A stretch of DNA of 64,000 nt from Nitrosopumilus sp. Lineage in GTDB: Archaea > Thermoproteota > Nitrososphaeria > Nitrososphaerales > Nitrosopumilaceae. A program made the translations under genes and the position numbers. Below are positions 21,381 through 32,054 of this stretch, in pieces (the stretch's first letter is position 1; every line of letters begins with the position of its first letter). Where the stretch lies: the NCBI GenBank assembly GCA_965207445.1, contig CBDBLX010000002.1:2103849-2167848 (forward strand), given 5' to 3'. The notes under the pieces are model-generated. The model did no database searches. It was given only the letters and a program-made list of their open reading frames with translations, and was not told the DNA's origin.

Positions 21381-23561
21381 TTATGCAACAGACTTTTTGC
21401 CACGTCCACCTTTGGTACCAGTAGTTATCTTTCCCCACTGTGCCAATGCAGATGCAGCCGCAACCCAGTCTCGAAGATCACTATATACAGGTACACCTCT
21501 TTCTTCAATACTTTTGCTGACCTTGTTTGTAAACGGCCCGCCGTTTGCACCAACCAAAAGTGGTTTTACCTTCTTTTTTGAAAATGCGGCCAAATAGTCG
21601 ATTATAACCTCATCAAGTGGGTCGTCTTGGAACACAAACCAAGGCATTACAATATCCACATTATCATCATCCATGAACGTCTTTATGACAAACTTATAGT
21701 CCTCTGCACTAGCCCCTCCCGTAACATCCACTGGGTTTCCTTTGCCAATTACATATGTTGGAGGAAAGTGTTTTACCATTTTTGCAGCAGAGTCAGAACT
21801 GACATTTGCAAGTTTCAATCCCAAGCGCTCAAAATGATCAATTGCACCAATCATCGGACCAGCACCATTACTAGTCATTGCAGAACCATTTCCCCTAGCA
21901 GGTGGTTGCCATGACAGAGCCTTTGTGACTGCCACTAACTCTTGGTAACTGTCAACTGATATGATGCCTGCCTGTTTGAATGCACCCATTATTATTGCAT
22001 TGGAGCCACCAAGTGAACCAGTATGAGATGCGGCTTGTTTTGCACCCATTTCAGTTCTTCCTGATTTCCATATTACAATGGGCTTGCCTTTCTCTTTCAT
22101 AACTCGTTTTGCAGTGTTGATGAACTTGCGTCCATCTCCAAAACCTTCAACATATAGAGATATGACTTTGGTCTGAGAATCATCTGCCAAATACCATATC
22201 ATATCAGCCTCATCAACATCAGAACGATTACCATAACTTATCATCTTTGAGAGTCCAAACGAGTCAGCAGACTCTAAAAAGCTGATCCCCATAGTACCGC
22301 TCTGAGACAATAATGCAACATTGCCACGTCTAGCGCGCACCATTCTCTCTTGTCCTTGAAACGCACAATCAAGCCTGTTTGCTGCATTGAACATTCCAAT
22401 GCAATTTGGTCCAATAATACGAATCTTGTGCTTTGTAGATAGTCGCTTTACCTCTGCCTCATATTCGGCTCTCTGTCCACCAAGTTCCTTGCCTCCGCCA
22501 GATACGATAACCACGCTACGCACACCTTTTTTGGCGCAATCCTCTAGTACAGGTGGAATAATTGAGAGATCAACTGATATCACAACCAAGTCTACTTTGC
22601 CAGGTATATCTGCAACTGATGGATAACACTTGCGCCCAAATATCTTATCGGCCTTTGGGTTGATTGGATATACTTTACCTTTGTAATCATAATTTGCCAG
22701 ACTGTCAAGTATAGAGTTTCCTATCTTACCTTTTGTTGTAGAGGCGCCCACAAGCGCAACTGACTTTGGCGTAAAGAATTTTTCCATATCACTACTATTT
22801 GGCTTTGTCTTTGAGATAGAGTTTGCATTGACATTATCATTTAAAATTATCTTTGCATCTACCACATAGTGAGATACAGAATTAGATTTTGGGTATACCA
22901 CAACAGGGTTAAAGTCAATACTGTTAATGTAATCTGCATGATCAATACCAAGCTTGCCTATCTTGACAAGTGTATCTGCAACTGCATTGACATCTACAGG
23001 CTCTGCACCTCTAAATCCTTGTAATAGTGCTGCACCGCGCAGCTCTGCAAGCATTGACTTTGCATCAGATTTAGTAATTGGTAGCATTCTAAATGCCACA
23101 TCCTTCATTATCTCAGTCATAATTCCACCAAGTCCCACCATAATAACGGGACCAAATTGTGGATCGTTTTGGATTCCAACAATAAGTTCTACACCTTTTG
23201 GAACCATCTTTTCAAGCAGCATGCCTTTGAGTGTGACGTCTTTTTTCTTTGACAGTCTTTTGTACATGTCATCAAACGTCTTTTTAACATCACTTGTATT
23301 TTCAACTCCAACCTTGACACCTCCAACATCAGTCTTGTGTAGTATCTGAGGTGAGACTACCTTCATTACAAGTGGAAAGCCTATGCGTTTTGCTTTCTTG
23401 ACAGCATCAGATGCAGATGTTGCAATAGCGTATGGTGGAACGCTTATTCCATACGTTTTAAGAATAGACTTTGAAGTCTCCTCTGTGATTACATTATCAG
23501 AAGACTGCATTATTTGATCAAAGATTTTGCGTACATCACCTTGATCGTTTTTAACTGCCAT
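21381..23561 (-). CDS. ADP-forming acyl-CoA synthetase; likely 3-hydroxypropionyl-CoA synthetase
   Basis: N-terminal ATP-grasp ([14 protein letters not shown]), IGPNCIG, SQSG, ASHTGSL; near the crotonase. Confidence 0.85.
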   Translation of the reverse strand: MAVKNDQGDVRKIFDQIMQSSDNVITEETSKSILKTYGISVPPYAIATSASDAVKKAKRIGFPLVMKVVSPQILHKTDVGGVKVGVENTSDVKKTFDDMYKRLSKKKDVTLKGMLLEKMVPKGVELIVGIQNDPQFGPVIMVGLGGIMTEIMKDVAFRMLPITKSDAKSMLAELRGAALLQGFRGAEPVDVNAVADTLVKIGKLGIDHADYINSIDFNPVVVYPKSNSVSHYVVDAKIILNDNVNANSISKTKPNSSDMEKFFTPKSVALVGASTTKGKIGNSILDSLANYDYKGKVYPINPKADKIFGRKCYPSVADIPGKVDLVVISVDLSIIPPVLEDCAKKGVRSVVIVSGGGKELGGQRAEYEAEVKRLSTKHKIRIIGPNCIGMFNAANRLDCAFQGQERMVRARRGNVALLSQSGTMGISFLESADSFGLSKMISYGNRSDVDEADMIWYLADDSQTKVISLYVEGFGDGRKFINTAKRVMKEKGKPIVIWKSGRTEMGAKQAASHTGSLGGSNAIIMGAFKQAGIISVDSYQELVAVTKALSWQPPARGNGSAMTSNGAGPMIGAIDHFERLGLKLANVSSDSAAKMVKHFPPTYVIGKGNPVDVTGGASAEDYKFVIKTFMDDDNVDIVMPWFVFQDDPLDEVIIDYLAAFSKKKVKPLLVGANGGPFTNKVSKSIEERGVPVYSDLRDWVAAASALAQWGKITTGTKGGRGKKSVA

Positions 23562-23670
23562 TTACTAGGGGCGAAGATATTCTGTATATTAACTATTCAC
23601 AGAAGATAACAAGAGATTAAATTTTCATGAAATATTGAAATATGATTATATTTTTTGTGAAATTCATTAG

Positions 23671-23810
23671 TCTGAACCAACCATCCTGATTGATATATTC
23701 ATTTAAAATTTGAATATGAATAAGTAAAATTAATTTAGATTTTGAGGTTTTGTAATGATTATATTTTTCATATTTAAATTAATCTATTTAAATTATTGGA
23801 AATAAAAAAT
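23671..23810. repeat. About 140-bp AT-rich non-coding repeat, second copy at 47578-47716
   Basis: tctgaaccaacc...gatatattcatttaaaatttgaatatgaataa...ttagattttgaggtttt shared. Confidence 0.9.
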
Positions 23811-24038
23811 AATCTAAGAATAGTTTCAAGAAACGTTTATGCATACAAAATACATACTCAAAGTAGGACGCCTCTTTCCCTATCAAAAAACGCGAGTTGT
23901 AATTCGTTATAATATAATCATATATATTTAACAATGTGTTATACATCCCTTCAATCACATATCATCAAAATAATCTAATAATATAGCAAATGCATTAAAT
24001 TGATCAATTTTTTGCAAGCCAAAATTGTATTTTGTTTT

Positions 24039-25313
24039 CTAAGGCCAGATACCTTTTTGCTCAAAGGCATCTATTACACGTTGCACTGCAAGAACCATTG
24101 TGGCTTTTCTCATGTCAATTTTATGATCAGTTGATAGTACGTATGAGTCTTTGAATCCTTTTGTAATCTTTTCCTCCATCTTTTGAGCAACTTCATCAAA
24201 TGACCAGTAATAACCCATGTTGTTTTGTACCCACTCCAAATAGGATATACATACGCCACCAGAATTTGCCAATATATCAGGAATTACCAGTATCTTTTTC
24301 TTGTACAGTATGGGATCAGCAGCTGGCAATGTAGGTCCATTTGCAGCCTCTCCAATAATTTTACACTTTATCTTTCTTGCAATCTTAACGTTAATCTGAT
24401 TCTCCAAGGCACCAGGTACGAGTATATCACATTCAGTTGTTAGCAACTCTTCAGTTGTGATGCTTTTACTTTTAGGAAACTTGACGACACTCCCAGTCTT
24501 CTTTTTGTGTGCTAATACGCTGTGAATTTTTGTATCTTTTGGTAAAAGTACACTGCCTTTTGAATCACTTACTGCAATTATTTTTGCACCCATATCCTCA
24601 AGATATTCGCCTGCATGTGTAGAGGCATTTCCAAACCCTTGTAACACAACAGTTGCGCCTTGAAGGCTTAGTCCCAGTACACCGGCGGCCTCTCTTACAG
24701 TATAAGCAGTTCCAAGTCCAGTTGCAACATCTCTTGCAAGGGAACCACCCATGACAATAGGTTTACCTGTAATTACACCTGGCGTGTACTTGTTCTCATT
24801 TAGTTTGTTAAAGGTGTCCATAATTTGAGTCATCTCTCTGCCAGTTGTGTATACGTCTGGTGCAGGTATGTCTTTTTGAGGGCCAATGATTTCAGAAATT
24901 TGGTATGCAAATCCACGTGTCAGTCGTTCTAACTCACCATCACTAAGACCCTCAGTCTTTGGGTTTACAAATATGCCACCTTTACCACCTCCAAGTGGAA
25001 CATCAACGATTGCACACTTCCATGTCATCCATGACGAGAGCGCCATGACCTCACGCTCCATATACTCAACACCACCGGTAGGATTAAAGTATCGAATACC
25101 GCCTTTGTAGGGCCCACGATCATTGTTATGTTGGCTTCTAAATCCAGTGAATATACGAATCTTACCATTGTCCATTCTTACAGGAATTTTAACACGCATA
25201 ATGCGATTCGGCGTTGCAAGATAGTCACGCAACCCATCATCTTTAATGCCTAATATGTCACATGCATCATGCACTTGTTTAGTTGCATTTGCAAAAGGGT
25301 CATGTAGAGACAA
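24039..25313 (-). CDS. gdhA: Glutamate dehydrogenase
   Basis: GPYKGGIR, MTWKCA, GGGKGG, PAPDV, QGFGN, EAANGP, PDILANSGGV. Confidence 0.96.
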   Translation of the reverse strand: MSLHDPFANATKQVHDACDILGIKDDGLRDYLATPNRIMRVKIPVRMDNGKIRIFTGFRSQHNNDRGPYKGGIRYFNPTGGVEYMEREVMALSSWMTWKCAIVDVPLGGGKGGIFVNPKTEGLSDGELERLTRGFAYQISEIIGPQKDIPAPDVYTTGREMTQIMDTFNKLNENKYTPGVITGKPIVMGGSLARDVATGLGTAYTVREAAGVLGLSLQGATVVLQGFGNASTHAGEYLEDMGAKIIAVSDSKGSVLLPKDTKIHSVLAHKKKTGSVVKFPKSKSITTEELLTTECDILVPGALENQINVKIARKIKCKIIGEAANGPTLPAADPILYKKKILVIPDILANSGGVCISYLEWVQNNMGYYWSFDEVAQKMEEKITKGFKDSYVLSTDHKIDMRKATMVLAVQRVIDAFEQKGIWP

Positions 25314-25362
25314 GTAATTAAATACTAAAGGCTCAATGTTATATAGTTTGCTTTTTAAAACT

Positions 25363-25443
25363 GTAATTGTTCAACGCCTTTCCAAATTTAGGCACAAATT
25401 CACCACCTAGTATCTAGCGCAGACACTAGGACTGAACGGTTAC
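25363..25443. mobile_element. MITE family 1 copy upstream of gdhA
   Basis: gtaattgttcaac...ccaaatttaggcacaaatt...ctgaacggttac. Confidence 0.8.
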
Positions 25444-26051
25444 TCTCTAGTACAAATTTAATTTGCGGCAGTTGTTTACGCCTCCATCCTTCCTCTCCCC
25501 TCCCATCTAACACACACCTCTTCTGAGCAGATACAATCTAGGCATAATAACACATACAATAAATCGGTTTGAGAGTGGAGTAAATGTACAGTATGATGTG
25601 ATATTTGTAAACTCATTATAACAGAATTTAATCAAAAAATACTAATCAAATACGAACAAATCAGACAGAACATTTGATGAGTATAGTGTGTGTATGTATG
25701 TCAGAGACATACGCGCTACACGGCAGAACAGATATCATACACTTGTCTCCAATAAAGTCACAATTGAGATGTATGAATCAAATGAACTACTATGGAGATA
25801 TCAACAATCCCAGATACACTACAAAGCACCACGCCAATTGATGTGAATCCATTAGTGAAAATAGTAAATAATCATACAAATTTCATATACGCAATAGACA
25901 ATTTATTTGCAAATGAATGTTGCCAATTCCTAATATTTGACATTTGATTTTGTATAAACAAATATGCCAGATCATATTCATCAAACACTACAACAAGATC
26001 ATATTCATTAAATATTGTAATGACATCAAGTCATCATAACATTAAAGTATT

Positions 26052-26477
26052 TTACAAATAGACTTTTTTTCTGTTCTTTTTTGAAATATTGCGAGAGAGT
26101 TGGTCTATTGCTGCATCAAGTGTAGCAAGGTTTGTCTCTAACAGATCAGAGATTCTATACAATACACCATATTGAGCATCATCACCAATAGTTGATACCA
26201 TACTGTTATGCATCAACATATTCATATGGTGTTTTACTGCTTTGTAATCTAATCCAAGTTCTATTGCGAGTTGATTGTTATTTTGTGGTTGTTCTAGTAG
26301 TTTCATTATAATGCGCAAACGTGTAATTCCACCCCGAGTTCCTGCAAATATGTAAAATAGAAGTTTTTTTGTATGCTTGTCAGTCTTACGCTGTGTAGAA
26401 TTCAGAGTATTCATATGACGTAGGGTCCGCTGAAACTCATCTAATAATAACAACTGTTGATCTGCCATACAATACAA
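26052..26477 (-). CDS. ArsR-like winged-HTH regulator
   Basis: GTRGGITRLRII, NNNQLAIELGLDYKAVKHH. Confidence 0.85.
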   Translation of the reverse strand: MYCMADQQLLLLDEFQRTLRHMNTLNSTQRKTDKHTKKLLFYIFAGTRGGITRLRIIMKLLEQPQNNNQLAIELGLDYKAVKHHMNMLMHNSMVSTIGDDAQYGVLYRISDLLETNLATLDAAIDQLSRNISKKNRKKVYL

Positions 26478-26960
26478 CGCATATAGGTTGCTTAAAACGT
26501 TATATCCAATTTCAAATTCTTATGTATATACACACATACAAAGCACAATAGAAATTCGAGCACACATCCAATTCAAATTTGAGGTTTACAATACATCAAA
26601 ATCCGCGTACACAACAAACCATCTTTTGAGTGTTAAATGGTGAGAGGTCTTGTCACAAAAAAACAAAAAAACAAAAAAACAAAAATTTAATGTACCAAAA
26701 ATCGAGTATTCCACAAAATGTAATACATACTATGAGTTTGTTCTTTTCATAGTAGCATAATTAATTATCCAAACTGCTTTGTTTATGATATTTATAATCA
26801 TATAGTCGATATACACAGTAATAATATATAAATATATAAAAATATATAGTTGAACCTAGAGTTAATAATTTAGTTATAATAAACATAAGATCATTTAGAT
26901 CTACAAATTAATTGACCACGTATAAACCCTTAAATTGACTTTGAAGGGACTCAGTATATC

Positions 26961-27683
26961 ATGATGGCATCACGTAACTATGACATGACATCTACAATGT
27001 ACTCACCGGATGGTCGAATCTATCAAGTAGAGTATGCAATTGAGACTGTAAAGAGAGGGACACTTGCAATTGGAGTATGCACAAAAGAAGGAGTCATAAT
27101 TGCAGTAGAGGAAAAACCAAGAACACTTCAGACAAAGAATGTGACACAAAAGATATTCCAAGTTGACAAACATATTGGCGTTGCAGCAGCAGGGTATATT
27201 CCAGATGCAAGAGTAGAGGTGGATAATGCAAGATTATTTTCTCAAGGCACTAGAATGACATATGATGAACCAGTTGAAGTATCTACTGTTGCAAAGCATT
27301 TAGCAGATCATGCACATCAATTTACCCAATATGGCGGAGTGCGTCCAAATGGAGTGTCCATGATTATCGGTGGAATAGATCAAAAAGGAGATTCTATTTA
27401 CGTAATTGACCCAAGTGGGGCATACATGCAATATATGGCAGTATCAATAGGGGCAGGCTCAGATGATGTAAATGGGTTTCTTGAGAAAAACTACAAACCA
27501 GATATGAATATTGAAGACGGAATAAAGCTTGCAATCAGTGCCATTAATCTAAAGGTAGAGAAAAAAGATGAAATTCTACATATAAAAATGGCAAAAATAT
27601 CCAAAGACAAACAAGAGTTTGAAAAGTTATCAGACAAGACATTGCAAGATCTCGCAAACAATATGCCAGAGTTTACCACTTGA
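26961..27683 (+). CDS. psmA: Proteasome alpha subunit
   Basis: YDMTSTMYSPDGRIYQVEYA signature. Confidence 0.96.
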   Translation: MMASRNYDMTSTMYSPDGRIYQVEYAIETVKRGTLAIGVCTKEGVIIAVEEKPRTLQTKNVTQKIFQVDKHIGVAAAGYIPDARVEVDNARLFSQGTRMTYDEPVEVSTVAKHLADHAHQFTQYGGVRPNGVSMIIGGIDQKGDSIYVIDPSGAYMQYMAVSIGAGSDDVNGFLEKNYKPDMNIEDGIKLAISAINLKVEKKDEILHIKMAKISKDKQEFEKLSDKTLQDLANNMPEFTT

Positions 27684-27710
27684 GAGAATGTCAAAACAGA
27701 TGAATCAACA

Positions 27711-28484
27711 GTGGACACTAAAAAAGACGATAATAGCAAGAATAGAGGGAATAATCGAAAAGACAGAAATCAAAACGACGGCACACCAGAAGGATTAGGT
27801 AGTAGTTATTGGTCAAAAGTCATTGTAGTATTACAAGATATAATACCAGTGTATGACAAAGTAAATCGCATAATATCATTAGGTAAAGATGCCAAACACA
27901 GAAAGCGCGGAATATCAAAGAGGGTACTGCCAGGCAATCATATACTTGATGCAGGTTCTGGTTTTGGTAACATGTCAAAAACTGCATCAGAGATAACAGA
28001 CAATAAAATAACAATAACTTTGTACGATCCACTTGTTGCAATGCTAAAGAACACAGGAGTATTATTTACAAACAAACCCGACTCTACGTGCGGGGTCTTT
28101 GAGCATATGCCATTTAATAATAACGTATTTGATGCAGTATTATGCGGCTATTCATTGAGAGATGCAATAGATCTTAGAGATGCCATATCAGAGATGCATC
28201 GAGTTCTAAAAGATGGAGGAAGGTTAGTTATAGTAGATCTTGGCAAACCAGATAACACAATTATACGTACAGGGGTCTCATTTTACCTTAAATGTATTCT
28301 GCCCATATTGGCTCTTTGTGCAGGAGGTAAACTTGGATTAAAGTTTGGCACATTGCACGGGACATTTCAAAGATGGCCACAAAATGCAAAGCTAAAAGAT
28401 ATTCTTCTGGAAAAATTTGAGCGAGTAGAGTTTGAAAAAGATTTGATGGGAGGTGCAATAGTGGTTGCAGCATTTAAACGATAA
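27711..28484 (+). CDS. UbiE/MenG-family SAM methyltransferase
   Basis: YDKVNRIISLG, LDAGSGFG, EMHRVLKDGGRL. Confidence 0.85.
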   Translation: MDTKKDDNSKNRGNNRKDRNQNDGTPEGLGSSYWSKVIVVLQDIIPVYDKVNRIISLGKDAKHRKRGISKRVLPGNHILDAGSGFGNMSKTASEITDNKITITLYDPLVAMLKNTGVLFTNKPDSTCGVFEHMPFNNNVFDAVLCGYSLRDAIDLRDAISEMHRVLKDGGRLVIVDLGKPDNTIIRTGVSFYLKCILPILALCAGGKLGLKFGTLHGTFQRWPQNAKLKDILLEKFERVEFEKDLMGGAIVVAAFKR

Positions 28485-28713
28485 AGATAGGACAAAAAAG
28501 TAGGTATGTGATAAAGTTGGTAGTATCATTATACTATGATCATTATTATTAGTATTAGATATGGTTGGTGTGATCGTTACTAGTAACAGTATCACCATCA
28601 TCACGATCATCAGTACGATTATCATCCGCATAATTTTGATCATTATTTTGATTGACAGATACAAGTTACAATATTATCAATTGTTAAGAGATCATAAATT
28701 ACCGACATTAAAC

Positions 28714-28789
28714 GTAACTGTTCAATTTTTTTAAATCTAGAAACATATGTTACCGCATATACGGTTTGTATAGATACAAGAACAGTAAT
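28714..28789. mobile_element. Highly degenerate MITE family 1 copy
   Basis: gtaactgttcaa ... gaacagtaat ends at family spacing. Confidence 0.4.
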
Positions 28790-28853
28790 CTCTATCAAAT
28801 AACTATAATGGCATTAAGTTTAATTTCAGTTTAGAGTATATGGTGTTACAGTA

Positions 28854-29261
28854 ATGTACGGATATGAACTGAATATAGGTGGAAGTGAGTGGATAATTAT
28901 AATATTTGTTGCACTAGTGCTAATACTTGGAACAGGTAGACTGCCAGGGGCGGCAAGAAAGATAGGCAAAGCTGTAAATGAATATAATAAGGCAAAGAGT
29001 GGCATTGAGGAGCATGTGAAGAATGCACAAGAGATCTCAAATAACATTCCAAAAATATCAGGCCCCGTTGAATCACAAAGAGAAAAACTAGATACCATTG
29101 CACGATCAATTGGAGTAAACCCAGAGAACAAAAGTGACGAGGATTTACAAGACATAATAACAAAAAAGATGCAAAATGAAAATTCACACAATAATAGTCA
29201 CGACAATAGTAATCAAGACAACAATCAAAATAATGATCAAAATATGGTAGATAAAAAATGA
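28854..29261 (+). CDS. tatA: Twin-arginine translocase TatA/E subunit with an N/D-rich tail
   Basis: IGGSEWIII...LGTGRLPGAARKIGKAV. Confidence 0.88.
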   Translation: MYGYELNIGGSEWIIIIFVALVLILGTGRLPGAARKIGKAVNEYNKAKSGIEEHVKNAQEISNNIPKISGPVESQREKLDTIARSIGVNPENKSDEDLQDIITKKMQNENSHNNSHDNSNQDNNQNNDQNMVDKK

Positions 29262-29276
29262 GATTTCAAGAACAAC

Positions 29277-29350
29277 ATATTAGCAAATCAACAGTATATT
29301 AGCAAATCAACAGTATATTAGCAAATCAACAGTATATTAGCAAATCAACA
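29277..29350. repeat. 19-bp tandem repeat ATATTAGCAAATCAACAGT x about 4
   Basis: Direct reading; no spacers. Confidence 0.93.
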
Positions 29351-29405
29351 ACATATACATAAAATAATATGCATTAAAGTGTAATATAACAAAGTATAAA
29401 CATAG

Positions 29406-30176
29406 TCAATCAATCAGATATTGATTTTTATCGAGTCTTGTTTTGGCAAATGTAAAATATTCAGGCACAATCTCAAATCCAATATATTGACGTTCTTCAG
29501 ATTTTGCAACAACTGCAACTTGTCCTGAACCAAGAAAAGGATCCATAACAACATCACCTTTTTTACTAGAGTAAGCCAATATTTTTTTAATTATTTCAGA
29601 AGGTAATTTTGTGGGGGTCTTTTGAGAGCCTTTCCAATACTCTCGTTTGATATTCCATACATCTTCTTTGTCTTGATAGTGTAAACTACGACCATCTATA
29701 GTACGTGCATCTTTTGAAAATCTAGCGTATGGATAAAATGGACGCTTTGAATCGTCTTTGCATACAAACAAACAATTGTAATGAGACGAGACAAATTTAC
29801 GCGTAGTGACTACACCAAACTGATATTTCCATATTATCTGATTTACAAGTGTAAAGTTAATATCGCGTATAGCATTTAATATATCAACGAGATTATTCCA
29901 CCCAGAAAATATATACATCGAACCAGATTCTTTTAATACATCATATGCCAATCTCATCCAATCTAGGGTAAATTTGTAATAATCCTTACTTGTAATCTCA
30001 TTATAACCCTCAAGAACATTAGATTGTGTTCGATTATAGTTACTTTTCTTTGCACCAAAGTCAATGGCAAATGGAGGATCGGTAATTATAAGATCTATTG
30101 AAGATTTTTCAACAGATTTCATGCCAATTCGGCAGTCCATATTGTATATACAATTAAAATCAAATGTAGAGGACAT
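29406..30176 (-). CDS. Orphan beta-class amino DNA methyltransferase (N6-A/N4-C)
   Basis: ITDPPF followed by DPFLGSG; PTKLP. Confidence 0.9.
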   Translation of the reverse strand: MSSTFDFNCIYNMDCRIGMKSVEKSSIDLIITDPPFAIDFGAKKSNYNRTQSNVLEGYNEITSKDYYKFTLDWMRLAYDVLKESGSMYIFSGWNNLVDILNAIRDINFTLVNQIIWKYQFGVVTTRKFVSSHYNCLFVCKDDSKRPFYPYARFSKDARTIDGRSLHYQDKEDVWNIKREYWKGSQKTPTKLPSEIIKKILAYSSKKGDVVMDPFLGSGQVAVVAKSEERQYIGFEIVPEYFTFAKTRLDKNQYLID

Positions 30177-30207
30177 TATACGACGTCATTTACATTATTA
30201 ATAACTT

Positions 30208-30440
30208 AACCTAGTGTGTTGTATAATTCGATGCATATCATGTAAGACGACACCGTTGCAATATGACTCAGTAGGCTTGGAGGCACGGCCCGCTTATGGC
30301 TTGTTGTAGGCGTGACTTGACACACCCGCGGGCATCATATCTTGAGGCAAACAATATTCCTGTTCATTTTACAGAGTATTTGAGTGGCTCCGAATCACGT
30401 AACAACTAGGTTGCATGGCTCATCACATGGCCACGACCCA
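30208..30440 (-). ncRNA. Candidate structured non-coding RNA or structured element
   Basis: GC-rich, no convincing ORF; nested stems: AACCTAGT/ACTAGGTT, GCCCGC/GCGGGC, and GGGUGUG/CACGCCU (G-U pairs only on the minus strand). Confidence 0.35.
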
Positions 30441-30480
30441 GAGGAGTATAAATTTATGAATTATGCAACACGTTATCCCC
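30407..30480. repeat. 74-bp direct repeat flanking the TPR gene (left copy)
   Basis: Matches 32055-32128. Confidence 0.93.
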
Positions 30481-32019
30481 GACCAATTACATGTTTATAA
30501 CAAAACAGGAATCATATCAAGTATGAGTCAGATTCACGATGTCCTGATGTTGAAAACATTTGGCGCGCACGTGCAAACGCACCAAAGTGAATCGGTGAAA
30601 ATGGATTTGAATGACAAGACAGTCATACGAGGGGTCACCCTTATGGTGTCCCAGAAATTTGAGGAGGCAGTCAAATGCTGCAGGCATGTATTGGAAAGAG
30701 AACCCTACAACATCCCGGCACTGATGATCACAGGAATGGCGCTGGCTGGAATGGAACGATTCTCAGATGCCGTATGGCACTATGACCGCATACTGGATTC
30801 AGAGCCGAGCAACATAGGTGCGATCATAATGAAGGGAATTATACTGGCCGCCGCAGGTAATCGTGAAGAAGGAATTCGGTACTGCGAGCGCGCACTAGAA
30901 TTAGAACCAAACAATGCTCTGGTACTGACATCCAAAGGAATGGTGCTGGGAATGATGGAAAGGTACGAGGACGCCCTCAAATGCCTAGATGTGGCATCTG
31001 AGGCAGATCCGGACAGCATACTAATAAAATTCATCAAGGGGACAGTGCTGGCGAGCGCGGACAAGCACAAAGAAGCAATCAAGTATCTTGAAGACGTATT
31101 GAAAGCGGAACCAGATATGGCACCGGCGCGTTTGATCAAAGGCATCATACTTGCAAACGAGAATATGAACGACGAGGTACTGGGCTGTTTTGACAAAATA
31201 TTGGAATCAGATCCAGGCAATGCATGGGCACTGGAAGAAAAGGGAATCATATTGCAAGGCCTACGTAGATATGACGAGGCGATCAGATGCTTTGACGGAC
31301 TAACGGCAACGGATCTCAGTGGACGCGCGCTAGTCGCAAAGGGAAGAATATTGGCGAAACTTGAAAAGCATGAGGAAGCAGTATGGAACTTTGACCGGGC
31401 ACTAAAATTTGAGTCTAGCAACGTGTCTGCACTTGACGGCAAGGCGCAAGAACTTGCGGCATTACAAAGGTTTGAGGAGGCAGACAGATGTTTGGATACC
31501 GCGCTACAGGTGAGTCCAAACGACCGACTGAAGAGGAATAGGAATACGATAGGCGCGCGCATGCGGGACTACAACCGGAGGGTGGACCGTCAGTACGAAC
31601 TGGAGGTGAGTCCAGACGATGCAGACGGGTGGACGCAAAAGGGAAAAGGACTTGCAGATCTTGGTAAATACCAAGCAGCCGTCAAATGCTATGAATCGGC
31701 GCTGAAGATCAGTCCCGACGATGCGGGAGCGCTGATGGGCATAGGGGTCGCATTGGTCAGGCTGGGCATGTACGAGAAAGCCGTAGAATGTTATGACAAA
31801 GTACTAGAAACAAGACCGAATGATGAATCGGCCATACGGAATCGCGACAACGTACTCTCCGACATGAAGAGATACATCTACCTGAATTCGAACGGTGACG
31901 ACTTGGAAGAGACGTTTGACGAGCTCGGTGTGGCAATTGAGTATCATACGAATCGAGAAGAGCCCACTAGGCACAGTAGTGTGGAGGGCATGATAAAAGA
32001 TCTTGAAGTGAGTGATTGA
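30463..32019 (+). CDS. Multi-TPR protein, GC-richer than the backbone; true start probably 30523 or 30601
   Basis: Repeated KG..L...(Y/F)EEA..C(Y/F)D..L...P 34-aa units. Confidence 0.92.
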   Translation: MQHVIPDQLHVYNKTGIISSMSQIHDVLMLKTFGAHVQTHQSESVKMDLNDKTVIRGVTLMVSQKFEEAVKCCRHVLEREPYNIPALMITGMALAGMERFSDAVWHYDRILDSEPSNIGAIIMKGIILAAAGNREEGIRYCERALELEPNNALVLTSKGMVLGMMERYEDALKCLDVASEADPDSILIKFIKGTVLASADKHKEAIKYLEDVLKAEPDMAPARLIKGIILANENMNDEVLGCFDKILESDPGNAWALEEKGIILQGLRRYDEAIRCFDGLTATDLSGRALVAKGRILAKLEKHEEAVWNFDRALKFESSNVSALDGKAQELAALQRFEEADRCLDTALQVSPNDRLKRNRNTIGARMRDYNRRVDRQYELEVSPDDADGWTQKGKGLADLGKYQAAVKCYESALKISPDDAGALMGIGVALVRLGMYEKAVECYDKVLETRPNDESAIRNRDNVLSDMKRYIYLNSNGDDLEETFDELGVAIEYHTNREEPTRHSSVEGMIKDLEVSD

Positions 32020-32054
32020 GTACAAGACCAAGTATACGAAACAACACAAAAAGA
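32012..32054 (+). pseudogene. Truncated YafQ/RelE-like toxin N-terminus (MIEYKTKYTKQHKK)
   Basis: GTG overlaps the TPR stop; resembles the Y-x-I-x-Y-T-K-Q-F-K-K-D start of YafQ toxins; cut at the direct repeat. Confidence 0.4.

Noticed and set aside
25700..25770. Weak similarity to 35470-35520 (possible further repeat family)
   Set aside because: Too short and degenerate to support without alignment statistics
28392..28664. Hydrophobic 90-aa ORF
   Set aside because: Derived from an ATC/ATT microsatellite-like intergenic tract and overlaps the methyltransferase end
29277..29350. Possible CRISPR array (also 1376-1423 and 20841-20894)
   Set aside because: Head-to-tail tandem repeats with no unique spacers and no cas genes in the window
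30410..30427. Box C/D guide targeting the 16S UGCAUGGC motif
   Set aside because: Only about 8 bp complementarity, no D box at the expected spacing, and the second copy differs in the putative guide
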